Positions 1 to 10,251 of a stretch of 64,000 bases of DNA are shown here, in pieces. The translations under genes and the position numbers were made by a program. The stretch is from Arsukibacterium tuosuense (GTDB taxonomy: Bacteria; Pseudomonadota; Gammaproteobacteria; Steroidobacterales; GCA-2729495), in contig CAMBYH010000005.1 in assembly GCA_945872065.1 (NCBI GenBank), positions 10,775 through 74,774 of the forward strand, written 5' to 3'. The stretch's first letter is position 1. Every line of letters begins with the position of its first letter. The notes beneath the pieces are model-generated. The model saw nothing but the letters and a program-made list of their open reading frames with translations, was not told where the DNA came from and did no database searches.

Positions 1-1453
1 GCAGCACTACGGGCGCCCGATGGATATCGAGTGGGGCAAGGACGGCATCGATGGGCAGATCTACATCCTGCAGGCGCGACCGGAGACGGTGCAGAGCCGC
101 ACGGGTAACACGCTGCTGCGCTATCGCCTCAAGACGCGCTCCAAGGTGCTCATCCGGGGACGAAGCATAGGGCAGCGCATCGGCGCGGGGCAGGCCCGGA
201 TCATAGCCAGCACCGCAGAGATGGGCCTCCTCCGGGACGGCGACGTACTGGTGGCTGACATGACTGATCCCGACTGGGAACCGGTCATGAAGCGGGCCGC
301 CGCCATCATCACGAACCGCGGTGGCCGCACCTGCCACGCCGCCATCATCGCCCGCGAACTGGGTATTCCTGCCGTGGTGGGCTGCGGTGACGCTACCCGG
401 CAGATCCCGGACGGCACCCCGGTTACAGTCTCCTGCGCCGAGGGTGACGAGGGCTTTGTCTACGAGGGCGTCCTGGACTTCGAGCAGCAGCGTATCGAAC
501 TCAGCAAGCTGCCAAACCTGCCAGTGAAGGTCATGATGAATGTCGGCAATCCCGACCGGGCGTTTGATTTCTCCTTCCTGCCCAATCACGGCGTCGGCCT
601 GGCCCGCCTCGAGTTCATCGTCAATCGGATGATTGGCGTGCACCCGAAGGCAATTCTTGATTTCGACCGGCTCCGTCCTGAACTTCGGGAGGTCATCCGC
701 GAGCAGATGGCGGGGTATACCGACCCAGTGGAGTTCTTCGTTGCCCGTCTGACTGAGGGCATCAGCACGATCGCGGCAGCCTTTGCACCGAGCCCCGTGA
801 TCGTCCGGCTGTCTGACTTCAAGTCGAATGAATATGCCAACCTCATTGGCGGCCAGCAGTATGAGCCCCACGAGGAGAACCCGATGCTGGGCTTCCGGGG
901 CGCCTCCCGCTATCTGGCCGAGAGTTTCCGGCCGTGCTTCGAACTGGAGTGCCGCGCTCTCCGTCGTGTGCGCGAGGACATGGGACTGACCAACGTCGAG
1001 GTCATGGTCCCCTTCGTACGTACCGTCGCCGAGGCCCGTGCGGTAACCCAACTGCTCGCTGCCAACGGACTCAAGCGGGGCCAGCACGGCCTGCGCCTCA
1101 TCATGATGTGCGAACTGCCGACCAACGCCCTGCTGGCACACCAGTATCTGGAGTTCTTCGACGGCATGTCCATCGGCTCCAACGACCTGACCCAGCTCAC
1201 ACTGGGTATTGACCGGGATTCGGGACTGATCGCAGCAATGTTCGACGAGCGGGATGAAGCCGTCCGAATCCTGCTCAAGATGGCGATCGACGCCTGCCGG
1301 AAAGAGGGCAAGTACATTGGTATCTGCGGCCAGGGTCCTTCGGACCACCCGGACCTGGCCCGCTGGCTTATTGATGAGGGCATCGACAGCCTGTCACTGA
1401 ATCCGGACACCGTCGTGGAGACGTGGCTGTACCTTGGAGGAGAAACCGCGTGA
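1..1453 (+). CDS. ppsA: phosphoenolpyruvate synthase, C-terminal ~477 aa (5' end outside window)
   Basis: ORF is open to the left edge. Swivel-domain phosphohistidine motif [21 protein letters not shown], followed by PEP-utilising TIM-barrel motifs ([29 protein letters not shown]). Confidence 0.95.
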   Translation, partial: QHYGRPMDIEWGKDGIDGQIYILQARPETVQSRTGNTLLRYRLKTRSKVLIRGRSIGQRIGAGQARIIASTAEMGLLRDGDVLVADMTDPDWEPVMKRAAAIITNRGGRTCHAAIIARELGIPAVVGCGDATRQIPDGTPVTVSCAEGDEGFVYEGVLDFEQQRIELSKLPNLPVKVMMNVGNPDRAFDFSFLPNHGVGLARLEFIVNRMIGVHPKAILDFDRLRPELREVIREQMAGYTDPVEFFVARLTEGISTIAAAFAPSPVIVRLSDFKSNEYANLIGGQQYEPHEENPMLGFRGASRYLAESFRPCFELECRALRRVREDMGLTNVEVMVPFVRTVAEARAVTQLLAANGLKRGQHGLRLIMMCELPTNALLAHQYLEFFDGMSIGSNDLTQLTLGIDRDSGLIAAMFDERDEAVRILLKMAIDACRKEGKYIGICGQGPSDHPDLARWLIDEGIDSLSLNPDTVVETWLYLGGETA

Positions 1454-1472
1454 TCAATCTCTGGAGCTGGCA

Positions 1473-1862
1473 ATGACTACAGCCTACTGGTGTGTACTCC
1501 TGGCCGCCCTGCTGCCCATCCTCTGGGCTGGCGCGGCCAAGGCAGGCGGCGCCAGGTCCGGCAGCCGCTACGACAACGCACGACCCCGCGAGTCCCTTGG
1601 CGCCCTCTCGGGCTGGCCCGCCAGGGCCAACTATGCCCAGCAGAATTCCTACGAGGCCTTGCCGCCCTTCGCGGCGGGGGTCATCATCGCGCAGCTCTGC
1701 AACGCAACCCAGTCCACAATCGACACACTGGCCATCACCTTCGTGGTGGCCCGGGTGGCCTATGGCCTGTGCTACATGGCGGACCAGGCTGGTCTGCGTT
1801 CGCTGGTCTGGCTGGTGGGCTTCGGCTCCATGATTGGCCTCTTTGTTGCGGCAGCCGGATAA
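1473..1862 (+). CDS. MAPEG-family small membrane protein
   Basis: ~129 aa with hydrophobic helices (MTTAYWCVLLAALLPILWAG..., RVAYGLCYMADQAGLRSLVWLVGF), typical of bacterial MAPEG proteins. ATG at 1473 has GGAG 6 nt upstream. The track ORF starts earlier (1434) and overlaps ppsA. Confidence 0.7.
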   Translation: MTTAYWCVLLAALLPILWAGAAKAGGARSGSRYDNARPRESLGALSGWPARANYAQQNSYEALPPFAAGVIIAQLCNATQSTIDTLAITFVVARVAYGLCYMADQAGLRSLVWLVGFGSMIGLFVAAAG

Positions 1863-1905
1863 GTTCAAGGATTTCCTGATTCCGCGAGTTGCCGCTCTTC
1901 TTCAC

Positions 1906-2631
1906 TCAATCCAGCCGGACGGCAGTTAGGGCATACAGCTCCCAACGCATCCCGATCTCGCCGTCCCGATCGCTCACACCCAACTGCGACTCGATGCCGT
2001 CGGCCACCGCGGGGCTATCGATATCCCGCATATCAAACAGCAGCCGGCAGAAGTCCGACATGTCGGTCCGCGTGGAAAACCACCAGTGGTAAGCCAGGCG
2101 CTCGGCCGCTACAACCCGGAAGCCGCAGGCCTCCAGCCGGGGGATGTCCGTGGCCGTCAGATAGATGCCCCGGTGACCCGTGCTGTTGTAGCGGCCGACA
2201 AAGCTGTCCAGGAAGCGGGCCACGTCTGAGTCTGCATGGACATCCGCCAGCACAAAGCGGCCGCCAGGTTTCAGCACCCGGTGGATCTCCCGGTACAGGG
2301 GCAGCTTGTCTTCCTGGTGATGCACTCCCGCGATACTGAGAGCCGCATCGGCGAAGCCATTGGCCCAGGGCAGAGGGAGCAGCGGCTGATCGCCGGCGGC
2401 AGACGTGGCGAAGAAGCTGGCGCAGGGTTCGTGCCCGAGCCAATGCACTGCCGCCGGCAGGTAGCGCTGCAGGTAGCCGCCGCCGGCCGGGACGTCCACT
2501 ACCACGTCGCCAGCCTGGAGTGCCGCCCGGTCCACAGGCAGCAGGAACTCTTCGCGCCGCGCGTCCGGCCAGGCGGCCATGGCGTGGGCGTACGCGGCGC
2601 CCCGCTCCCGGAAGATGTCCTCGTAGTTCAT
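1906..2631 (-). CDS. class I SAM-dependent methyltransferase
   Basis: 241 aa. Motif I-like VVDVPAGGGYL and post-I/II KPGGRFVLADV. The ATG overlaps the stop of the upstream ATP-grasp gene (ATGA at 2628-2631). Confidence 0.85.
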   Translation of the reverse strand: MNYEDIFRERGAAYAHAMAAWPDARREEFLLPVDRAALQAGDVVVDVPAGGGYLQRYLPAAVHWLGHEPCASFFATSAAGDQPLLPLPWANGFADAALSIAGVHHQEDKLPLYREIHRVLKPGGRFVLADVHADSDVARFLDSFVGRYNSTGHRGIYLTATDIPRLEACGFRVVAAERLAYHWWFSTRTDMSDFCRLLFDMRDIDSPAVADGIESQLGVSDRDGEIGMRWELYALTAVRLD

Positions 2632-4457
2632 GCGGCGACGCCGGCCGCCCGGCGGGCGAGTACGGCCTGGATGTCCGACTCCACGGCTGTGCTGACGAAG
2701 TCCGCCGGCAGGTCCCGTCGGACGGCACCACAGCAGTCCTGCAACAGGCCGTAGGCCGCACCGGACAAGCCTGCGCCACCGGCCACGAGGGCCAGGTCGA
2801 AGCGGTCCAGCGGCAGTCCGTGGGTGCTGATATCGTTGGCTGTGGCACTGACCACCAGGGCTTCGGTGGCTGGATCAAGCACCAGTGCGGTCACGCGCTC
2901 CGGCAGGGTTGCCGGGGTGGTAAAGCGCTGCTCGTCTCCAATACCCGTCTGCTCTGCGTCGGTCCAGGCCACCCGGAGCCCCGTGGCCCGAATGGCGGCC
3001 GTGACGGCGGCCAGAGCCGATGGGCCAGCGCCCACCAGCAGCACGCTGGGCAGGCGCCCGTCGCTGCCTGGCGGGAATTTTGCCGCCAGGATGATCCCGG
3101 CCCGGCCGTCCGAGGAAAAGCCCGGTGTGGAGTTCACTTCCAGAATCCCGCAGGGCACGTCCCGCCAGGACCGGCGGATGTCCGGTGTCATGAAGTCGAT
3201 GCCCGTGGCATCCAGATGAAAGCTGCGGGCGAGCGCCTCGGCCATGGCCTTGTTGTCCGGGTGAATCTCTGCAGAGCAGTCCGTAAGCGTGCCACCCCGG
3301 GAGATGTTGGCAATCTGGCCGAGGGCCACGCTCGTCCCGGCGGCGGGCCGGGCTTCCAGGGCCAGACCCTGGCTGGCCAGCAGCGCCTCAACTTCTGTAT
3401 CCACGACGATGGCGGTACCGGCGATGTCGGGGTTCGGGGCGGCACGGCGGCGAGCATTCTCCCGGGCAATAAGTTCCCGGACACTCAGAGCGCCGTCACC
3501 GGTGACCCGGGGAGGAGAACGGCGCACGGCCCAGGCGAAGCGGCCACTGAACACGGCGAGCCGGTGGTCTTCGCCTGGAATCTGGGCCTCCACCAGTACC
3601 CTGCCCGGCGACACCTGGTGGGCCACTTCGAAAGCGGCCTCCACGGCGGCAGCGCTGGTGACGCCCGCGGTGACACCCTTGCCCTTGCCACTGTCCGCTG
3701 GCTTGATCACGACCGGAAAGCCCAACTCCGCTGCCGCCTTCCGCGCCTCAGCGGCAGTGGGTACCATGCGGTGGCGCACACCGGGCAGGCCAAGGCGCGT
3801 GATCAGACGGTTACTGAAAAACTTGTTACGGGCGAGGCGCGACCCCGTGAGCCCGTCCCGGTGGTTGGCAGTCTCGAAGAACTGGAAGCCGGCGGCACCC
3901 TGGCCGTACAACCACACACGGGACCCCAGGGCCGCCGGACAAGCCGGAATTCCCCGTTGCCGCGCCACCCGGATAAGGGCCCGTGCCAGGGGGTCCGGCT
4001 GAAGCTTGAGGATCTCGGCAACAACCCTCTGCAGCTTCGCGCTCACTGCCGGGGCATCCACCCGCTCGCCTGCCAGGTGCCGGAACAGGGCTGCCGTCAC
4101 CTGCAGGCCCATCTGCAGCGCAACGACCGTGGCGCTCGGCTCGTGAAAGCCGAGGAGCACGCGGCAGCGGCCATCTACGCTTCGGGTGGCCCGCACGGGC
4201 AGACCACAGGGGCCATGGGCATCCTGGATAGCATTGGCGAGCGCCCCGGCCACCGTCTCAAAGGCGCCGTCGGCCAGGGGCAGCACCACACGGGCCAGAA
4301 ACTCCGGTGAGAGCCACTGCTCCAGGGCCAGGGCGATCTCGGCCGCAGTCCGCGTCGGGCCACGCGGTAACGGGAACTCCGCCAGCACGGCGGGAAAGGG
4401 CGCCAGCACGCTGGGACCCTGGAGGACGGCGATCTGGAAGCGGGAATCCGCTTGCAC
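2628..4457 (-). CDS. cyanophycin-synthetase-like ATP-grasp protein with truncated/degenerate Mur-ligase-like C-terminus
   Basis: ATP-grasp core: GFPVVIKPADSGKGKGV, GEDHRLAVFSGRFAWAVRRSPPRVTGDG, ANISRGGTLTDCSAEIHPDN, GIDFMTPDI, GILEVNSTPGF. These are collinear with the CphA G domain as I remember it. Proposed start is GTG at 4457, with GGAG 6 nt upstream and 16 nt after the orn stop. The track ORF runs to 4637 but overlaps orn. Confidence 0.8.
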   Translation of the reverse strand: MQADSRFQIAVLQGPSVLAPFPAVLAEFPLPRGPTRTAAEIALALEQWLSPEFLARVVLPLADGAFETVAGALANAIQDAHGPCGLPVRATRSVDGRCRVLLGFHEPSATVVALQMGLQVTAALFRHLAGERVDAPAVSAKLQRVVAEILKLQPDPLARALIRVARQRGIPACPAALGSRVWLYGQGAAGFQFFETANHRDGLTGSRLARNKFFSNRLITRLGLPGVRHRMVPTAAEARKAAAELGFPVVIKPADSGKGKGVTAGVTSAAAVEAAFEVAHQVSPGRVLVEAQIPGEDHRLAVFSGRFAWAVRRSPPRVTGDGALSVRELIARENARRRAAPNPDIAGTAIVVDTEVEALLASQGLALEARPAAGTSVALGQIANISRGGTLTDCSAEIHPDNKAMAEALARSFHLDATGIDFMTPDIRRSWRDVPCGILEVNSTPGFSSDGRAGIILAAKFPPGSDGRLPSVLLVGAGPSALAAVTAAIRATGLRVAWTDAEQTGIGDEQRFTTPATLPERVTALVLDPATEALVVSATANDISTHGLPLDRFDLALVAGGAGLSGAAYGLLQDCCGAVRRDLPADFVSTAVESDIQAVLARRAAGVAA

Positions 4458-4473
4458 AGTCTGCTCCGGTCGA

Positions 4474-5034
4474 TCAGACGTGATTTGCGGGCCGCCGGAT
4501 AAGGTGCTGGCGGTAGTGACGCAGCTCGGCAATTGAATCGTGGATATCTGCGAGGGCCAGATGCGTGGAACTCTTGGTGACGCCAGCCAGAACCTCTGGC
4601 GCCCAGAGGCCAGCGATGATCTTGAGGGTCGATACATCCAGGTTTCGGTAGTGAAAGAAGGCTTCGAGGGCTGGCATTTCCCGCGCGAGAAACCGCCGGT
4701 CCTGGCAGATGCTGTTGCCGCACATTGGTGAGGCCTGCGCCGCCAGGTGAGGCGCCAGAAAAGCCAGGGTCTGTTGCTCAGCTTCGGCCGCCGTGACCTG
4801 GCTTAAGCGCACGCGCTCGATAAGCCCCGACTTGCCGTGCTGGCGGGTATTCCACTCGTCCATCTGACCGAGGACCTCCGGGGCCTGGTGAATGGCAAGC
4901 ACGGGGCCCTCCGCGATCACGTTCAGGTCACCATCCGTCACGACGGTCGCGATCTCGATGATAGAATCCCGCTGCGTGTCGAGCCCGGTCATTTCCAGAT
5001 CGATCCAGATCAGCCGGTCTGCCTGTGAACCCAT
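4474..5034 (-). CDS. orn: oligoribonuclease
   Basis: DEDDh exonuclease: [52 protein letters not shown]. Start is the internal ATG at 5034 ([15 protein letters not shown]). Confidence 0.95.
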   Translation of the reverse strand: MGSQADRLIWIDLEMTGLDTQRDSIIEIATVVTDGDLNVIAEGPVLAIHQAPEVLGQMDEWNTRQHGKSGLIERVRLSQVTAAEAEQQTLAFLAPHLAAQASPMCGNSICQDRRFLAREMPALEAFFHYRNLDVSTLKIIAGLWAPEVLAGVTKSSTHLALADIHDSIAELRHYRQHLIRRPANHV

Positions 5035-5067
5035 GGCCAGTACCCTTCCAATGATGCCGCGCCCCGA

Positions 5068-5991
5068 ATGAAGCACACCCCGGCCGGCGCGGCGGATTCT
5101 AGCAAACCCGCCTTGGTGGTCGCGGCCCACGGCCGCCGGGGCCTTCTTGCGCAACCCGACGGCAGACGACTGCCCTTCATGATCCGGGGACGGCACCTGC
5201 GGGCCTACTGCGGGGACCGGGTGGCCTTCCAGGTCACCACCGCTGGCGAGCCCGTGCTGATCACGCGCATTGAACCCCGCGACAACGAACTACAGCGCCT
5301 GTCCGGGCGCGGTGGCCTGCCGGAAACGATTGCCGCCAATGTCACGCATCTCATCGTGGTCATGGCTGCCCTGCCAGCGCCAGACCTGTACCTGACAGAC
5401 CGGTACCTGTGTGCTGCCCGGCTTATGGGTGCGACCAGTGCCATCGCGTGGAACAAGTCAGACATGGCTTCCCTCCCTGCCGCGGAACTCGCCGGCTACG
5501 AAAGCCTCGGCTGTCCGGTCTGGCCCGTGTCAGCGGTCACGGGCGCCGGCATCGCTGCGCTGCGCGGGTGGATCGGCGCGGGTACCGCGATACTTGTGGG
5601 GCAATCCGGGGTGGGCAAGTCGTCGCTATTGAATACCCTGGTGCCGGGCATCGGCGCGACGACTGGCGAGATCTCCCTGTCGAGTGACGAGGGCCGGCAT
5701 ACGACAACCGCCTCGGTGCTGCATCCCCTGCCAGGTGGCGGGTGCCTGCTCGACACGCCAGGTGTCCGGGACTTTGTGCCGGCCATCCCGGAGCGCACCG
5801 CCATCAGCAAGGGCTTCGGGGAAATCGACGAGTATGGCCGTCAGTGCCGTTTCACCGACTGCAGTCACCTGAGGGAGAGTCACTGCGCCGTGCAGGAGGC
5901 CGTGAATGACCGCCTGATCGATCCACGTCGCTACGAGAGCTACCGGCGGCTGATGAACCTGGTCCGGCAGTCCGACGGGCGTGCCGGCTAG
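5068..5991 (+). CDS. rsgA: ribosome small-subunit-dependent GTPase A
   Basis: Circularly permuted GTPase: NKSD ... [12 protein letters not shown] ... DTPGVRDF. C-terminal zinc knuckle [16 protein letters not shown]. Divergent from orn as in E. coli. Confidence 0.9.
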   Translation: MKHTPAGAADSSKPALVVAAHGRRGLLAQPDGRRLPFMIRGRHLRAYCGDRVAFQVTTAGEPVLITRIEPRDNELQRLSGRGGLPETIAANVTHLIVVMAALPAPDLYLTDRYLCAARLMGATSAIAWNKSDMASLPAAELAGYESLGCPVWPVSAVTGAGIAALRGWIGAGTAILVGQSGVGKSSLLNTLVPGIGATTGEISLSSDEGRHTTTASVLHPLPGGGCLLDTPGVRDFVPAIPERTAISKGFGEIDEYGRQCRFTDCSHLRESHCAVQEAVNDRLIDPRRYESYRRLMNLVRQSDGRAG

Positions 5992-6593
5992 TCAGCGAGC
6001 ATCGGCGTGCGCGCCGTGATGGCGTGGGACAGGGTACCCGCATCCACGTACTCCAGCTCCCCACCCATGGGCACGCCGTGGGCAATGCGCGTCGCGCGAA
6101 CCCGGTGCTCCCTGGCCAGACTGGCCAGATAACCCGAGGTCGCCTCTCCTTCAACCGTGGCACTCGTGGCCAAGATGATCTCGCGGGTGACGCCATCCGC
6201 CATCTGGGACTCGAGCACAGGAACCCCAAGCTGTTCAGGACCGATGCCATCGAGCGGCGACAGACGGCCCATAAGCACAAAGTACCTGCCCCGGTATACG
6301 CCCGACTCCTCGATGGCAACGACGTCCGCCGGGGTCTCAACGACGCACACAACCCCGGCATCGCGCCGCGAGTCACCGCAGATGGTGCAGAGTTGCGTCT
6401 CGGTAAACATGCGGCAGCGGGAGCACAGGCCGATCCTTTCCAGCGCGGCGGCCAGGCTCGTAATTATCCGCTGCGCACCCTCCCGGTTTCTCTCCAGGAG
6501 ATGAAATGCCATGCGCTGGGAGGACTTCGGACCCACGCCGGGCAGGCACCGAAGTGCTGCCAGGAGATCCTGCATCAGCGGAGTAAAGGCCAT
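5988..6593 (-). CDS. recR: recombination protein RecR
   Basis: LPGVGPKSSQRMAFHLL helix-hairpin-helix, CxxC...CxxC zinc finger (CSRCRMFTETQLCTIC), Toprim region. Confidence 0.96.
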   Translation of the reverse strand: MAFTPLMQDLLAALRCLPGVGPKSSQRMAFHLLERNREGAQRIITSLAAALERIGLCSRCRMFTETQLCTICGDSRRDAGVVCVVETPADVVAIEESGVYRGRYFVLMGRLSPLDGIGPEQLGVPVLESQMADGVTREIILATSATVEGEATSGYLASLAREHRVRATRIAHGVPMGGELEYVDAGTLSHAITARTPMLAD

Positions 6594-6608
6594 GCCAGTC
6601 GCTTCGCC

Positions 6609-6932
6609 CTAGAAGGGCAGCTTCAGGCCAGCCGGCAAGCCAAGACCAGCTGTCATCCCGCCCATCTTGTCCTGCACCGTCCGCTCAACCTTCCGCAGGG
6701 TGTCGTTCAGCGCGGCGACGAGAACATCCTCCAGCATCTCCCGGTCATCGCCGAGGAGTGAGGGGTCGATCGTCAGCTTGCGCACTTCGTGTTTGCAGGT
6801 CATGCAGATTTTCACCAGCCCACCGCCCGCTTCGCCCGTGACTTCGAGGCCCGCCAGCTCTTCCTGCGCTTTCTGCATCTGGGCCTGCATCTTCTGGGCC
6901 TGCTTCATCAAACTGCCGAGATCGGGTTTCAT
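6609..6932 (-). CDS. ybaB: YbaB/EbfC nucleoid-associated protein
   Basis: [18 protein letters not shown]...[12 protein letters not shown]. Start is the internal ATG at 6932. Sits in the classic dnaX-ybaB-recR order. Confidence 0.93.
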   Translation of the reverse strand: MKPDLGSLMKQAQKMQAQMQKAQEELAGLEVTGEAGGGLVKICMTCKHEVRKLTIDPSLLGDDREMLEDVLVAALNDTLRKVERTVQDKMGGMTAGLGLPAGLKLPF

Positions 6933-6939
6933 GGACTGC

Positions 6940-8547
6940 TTACTTCCTGCTTGGCGGATTCGGGTTCTTGCGGACGGACTCCGGAATGACTTCCGCACCG
7001 AACATCTCGGTCATCTGGCGCACGTTGCGGTCTGCGGCGATCAGTTCACGGGCCTGCCGCAGATCGTCGTCATCGGTCTTTGCCTGCAGTGTAGCCGGCG
7101 TCTCCTGGGGTGCCTCGGCAAGGGTGTACAGAACCTTGACGCTACTGCCCAGCCGCTCATGCAATGCGGCGGTGAGCCGGGACTGGAGGTTCTCGGTCAG
7201 CAGGTGCCCGTTGCGCTTGTCGAGAGTCAGCCGGAGTTCAAAAGGCGAATGGGCTACGACGGCACAGTGCTCCGCCAGTTGACGGGCCGCGCCATCCACA
7301 CTAAGGCTGGCAATGAACGCGGACCAGTTGCCAATATCCGGGGGGCCGGCCGGGAGCGTGGCTGAGGTCACGGAGGCAGCGGGCCGCGGCGTGGGCGCGG
7401 CAGCCCGAACCTGCGCAGAGGCACCTGTGGCGACCACCGCCTGGGGCAAGCGCTCCGGGTGAAAGGCCACCAATCGGAGCAAGGCCATCTCGAAGCCGGT
7501 GCGGGGGTCCGGTGCGAGGGCGAGATCCCGGCGACCCATGACTGCAATCTGGTACATCAGCTGCACCGTTTCCGGGGCTAACTGAGCCGCCAGCCGGGTA
7601 AGCAGGGCAACCTCATCCTCCACTGCTGTTTCAGTGTCCAGCGCCGCAGCACCTGCCACCTGCACAACAGCCACCTGTTGCAGCAGAGTGGCGAGCCCGG
7701 CGAGCACGTCGCCGTAGTCCGGCGCCAGTTCATCCAGCAGCTGCACCTGGGCCAGGAGGGCGGGCGCATCGGCTACGGCGAGCGCCTCCATGAGGGCCGT
7801 GAGCTTTCCCCGATCCAGGCTGCCAAGCATCTCCGCCACATCTGCGTCCCGCAAGGCGCCATCGCCGAACGCCAGCGCCTGATCCAGCAGGCTGAGCGCA
7901 TCCCGCATGCTGCCTGCGGCGGCGCGGGCCAGACGCACTACGGCCCCCTGCTCGACGCTGATCCCCTCGTTGCCGCAAACGAGGGTCAACCGTTCGATAA
8001 TCGTCGCCAGGGGCAGGCGCTTCAGGTTGAACTGCAGGCAACGCGACAGGACGGTGACGGGAATCTTCTGGGGGTCCGTGGTCGCCAGCAGGAACTTGAC
8101 ATGGGGAGGTGGCTCTTCGAGGGTCTTCAGCAAGGCGTTGAAGGCGGCCTTGGACAGCATGTGCACCTCATCGATGAGGTAGACCTTGAACCGGCCTGCA
8201 GCGGGCGTGTACTGGGCGTTGTCGAGCAGTTCCCGGGCATCGTCGACGCCGGTGCGGGACGCCGCATCAACTTCCAGAAAATCCACGAAGCGGCCCTGGT
8301 CGATGGAGACGCAGCTGGAACAAACCCCGCAGGGCTCCGCGCTCACTGCCTTCTCACAGTTCAGCGCCTTAACGAAAATCCGCGCGATGGTCGTCTTGCC
8401 GACACCCCGGGTGCCCGTAAAGAGGAAGGCGTGGTGGAGCTTCCCTGAATTCAGCGCGTTCTCCAGGGCGCGAACGACGTGCCCCTGGCCCGCGACGTCA
8501 GCGAAGGTCCTGGGACGCCATTTCCGGGCGAGCGCGAGGTAGGTCAT
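6940..8547 (-). CDS. dnaX: DNA polymerase III subunit gamma/tau
   Basis: [25 protein letters not shown] Walker A, zinc module CGVCSSC, DEVHMLS, SRC motif (VLSRCLQF). Confidence 0.96.
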   Translation of the reverse strand: MTYLALARKWRPRTFADVAGQGHVVRALENALNSGKLHHAFLFTGTRGVGKTTIARIFVKALNCEKAVSAEPCGVCSSCVSIDQGRFVDFLEVDAASRTGVDDARELLDNAQYTPAAGRFKVYLIDEVHMLSKAAFNALLKTLEEPPPHVKFLLATTDPQKIPVTVLSRCLQFNLKRLPLATIIERLTLVCGNEGISVEQGAVVRLARAAAGSMRDALSLLDQALAFGDGALRDADVAEMLGSLDRGKLTALMEALAVADAPALLAQVQLLDELAPDYGDVLAGLATLLQQVAVVQVAGAAALDTETAVEDEVALLTRLAAQLAPETVQLMYQIAVMGRRDLALAPDPRTGFEMALLRLVAFHPERLPQAVVATGASAQVRAAAPTPRPAASVTSATLPAGPPDIGNWSAFIASLSVDGAARQLAEHCAVVAHSPFELRLTLDKRNGHLLTENLQSRLTAALHERLGSSVKVLYTLAEAPQETPATLQAKTDDDDLRQARELIAADRNVRQMTEMFGAEVIPESVRKNPNPPSRK

Positions 8548-8569
8548 AAGCCCTTGTTACAGCGGAAAA

Positions 8570-8668
8570 GTGAGCCCGCGCCAGCCGCACCCCGGCGCCC
8601 GGCATCACCGCTACCGCTGCTTCCTTCCGGACCTGACGGGGTTCACGGCTAGCCGCCGCGGGGGGACC
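8570..8668 (-). ncRNA. ffs: signal recognition particle RNA (4.5S, small type)
   Basis: The minus strand reads ...CCCGUCAGGUCCGGAAGGAAGCAGCGGUAG..., which is the conserved SRP RNA domain IV with GGAA tetraloop. 5' CCCGCG pairs with 3' CGCGGG and is followed by UUUUCC. Lies immediately upstream of dnaX. Ends are +-5 nt. Confidence 0.82.
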
Positions 8669-8774
8669 AGCGCGGACCCGGCGACAGGGTATGCGGTGGC
8701 CTCTGTTTGGGCAAGTTGCTAACCTGAAAGCCTTGCGGCCCGCAGGCCGCCAGCCAGCAAAGGTTGACGAACGC

Positions 8775-9764
8775 ATGAAACGCATAGCCTGGATCCTCGC
8801 ACTGGTGGTGGCCGTTGGAGCCGCCCTCGGCGTTGCCTACTACAACCTGTTCCTTCCCCGGCAGCAGCCGGCAGCCAACATCCAGGTGGAGATCACGCCC
8901 GAGCGGGTCGAGCGCGGCCGCTACCTGGCAATCAACGTCCTCCAGTGCGTGGACTGTCATTCCGAGCGGGACTGGGGGCTGTACGGTGGTCCGCCACAGA
9001 AACCTGTGGGTGCCGGCCGCGCCTGCCTGACCCGCGAGACGGAAGCCGCCGGCGTCAATGTGGGCCAGGAGAATTTTCCGGGCATCCTGTGCATACGAAA
9101 CATCACCCCGGACAACGACACCGGCATCGGGCGCTGGACGGACGGGGAAATCATCCGGGCTGTCCGGGAAGGTGTGGATCACCAGGGCAAAGGACTGTTT
9201 CCCATCATGCCCTACTTCGTTTACGCCAACGTATCGGACGCCGACATGGAAGCGGTAGTGGCGTACCTGCGCTCAATGCAGCCCGTGCGTTCCGCCCAGA
9301 CTCCCCAGCGGCAGGTCGATTTCCCCCTGAACATGCTTATCCAGCTCTGGCCCAAACCGGTCAAGGGGCCGGTGGTTGCGCCAGAACCCTCGGACCGGAT
9401 TGCTTACGGCCGCTATCTCGCCACCATTGCCCGCTGCGAGTTTTGCCACACGCCACGGCCCATGAACTCCATGGAAGGATTCCCCGGCCGGGAGTTTGCC
9501 GGCGGCATGCCGTTCTTTCTCACCAGCGAGCGGATCATGTACACCATGAACCTGACGCCCCACGAATCAGGTTTGGGCAACTGGACCAGGGAGCAGTTCA
9601 TCCAGTTGTTCCGCGACCGCGCGGTCCCCCGCCCGGTATCCCTCAAGGAAAACACCCTGATGAACTGGAGCGCCTTCGCCGGCATGACCGACGAGGATCT
9701 GGGTGCCCTCTTCGACTTTTTCCGCTCCCTGCCGCCGGTGCCCTACCAGCAGGAACCGATCTGA
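8775..9764 (+). CDS. membrane-anchored dihaem c-type cytochrome
   Basis: N-terminal anchor MKRIAWILALVVAVGAALGVAYY. Two haem-binding CxxCH sites (CVDCHSE, CEFCHTP). ATG at 8775. Confidence 0.8.
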   Translation: MKRIAWILALVVAVGAALGVAYYNLFLPRQQPAANIQVEITPERVERGRYLAINVLQCVDCHSERDWGLYGGPPQKPVGAGRACLTRETEAAGVNVGQENFPGILCIRNITPDNDTGIGRWTDGEIIRAVREGVDHQGKGLFPIMPYFVYANVSDADMEAVVAYLRSMQPVRSAQTPQRQVDFPLNMLIQLWPKPVKGPVVAPEPSDRIAYGRYLATIARCEFCHTPRPMNSMEGFPGREFAGGMPFFLTSERIMYTMNLTPHESGLGNWTREQFIQLFRDRAVPRPVSLKENTLMNWSAFAGMTDEDLGALFDFFRSLPPVPYQQEPI

Positions 9765-9780
9765 CCTGCGCGACACCTCG

Positions 9781-10227
9781 CTACGGAGACCGCGTGTAGT
9801 GGAGGTAGCCGCTGCGCTGGGCGACCCGATCGTAGAGGGCCCGGGCCGTTGTGTTGGTCTCGTGGGTTAACCAGTAGACGCGATCCGCGCCCCGGGCATC
9901 CGCTTCCCGATAGACCGCGGCGATCAGGGCCCCACCCAGTCCACTACCACGCTTGCTCGCGGCCACATAGAGGTCCTCGAGATAGCAGTGCTGGGTAAGC
10001 GACCAGGTGCCCCGGTGCAGCACGCAATGGGCGAAACCCGCAATCTCCCCGTTGCGCTCGGCAACCAGGCCGTAGAGGGGCTCGGCGGGATCCAGAAGGC
10101 GCCGCCAGGTAGTGGCGGTGACCTCCTCGGGCAGGACGGTTTTATAGAACTCCAGATAGCCCCTCCAGAGCGGCCGCCACCCAGCTTCATCGCCAGCCTG
10201 CAGTGGACGAATCAGAGTGTCAGACAT
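9781..10227 (-). CDS. GNAT-family N-acetyltransferase
   Basis: ~148 aa. Acetyl-CoA pocket motif RGSGLGGALIAAV and a typical GNAT beta-alpha pattern. Start is ATG at 10227 (MSDTLIRPL). Confidence 0.85.
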   Translation of the reverse strand: MSDTLIRPLQAGDEAGWRPLWRGYLEFYKTVLPEEVTATTWRRLLDPAEPLYGLVAERNGEIAGFAHCVLHRGTWSLTQHCYLEDLYVAASKRGSGLGGALIAAVYREADARGADRVYWLTHETNTTARALYDRVAQRSGYLHYTRSP

Positions 10228-10251
10228 GGCAGTGGCTCCCAAGGTTAGCGG

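Noticed and set aside
2520-4310. 596-aa ORF on the + strand. Similar long ORFs occur at 12617-13870 (+), 15673-16614 (-), 17685-18974 (+) and 23255-25069 (-).
   Set aside because: All lie antisense to, or out of frame within, genes with unmistakable family motifs. Their translations are Arg/Gly/Pro/Ala-rich low-complexity strings, typical of stop-codon-poor alternative frames in GC-rich DNA. I see no motifs or plausible RBS.
6940-8547. Programmed -1 frameshift site in dnaX (A AAA AAG-type slippery heptamer producing gamma).
   Set aside because: I found no A-rich slippery heptamer on the coding strand. The short form, if made, must arise differently or not at all.
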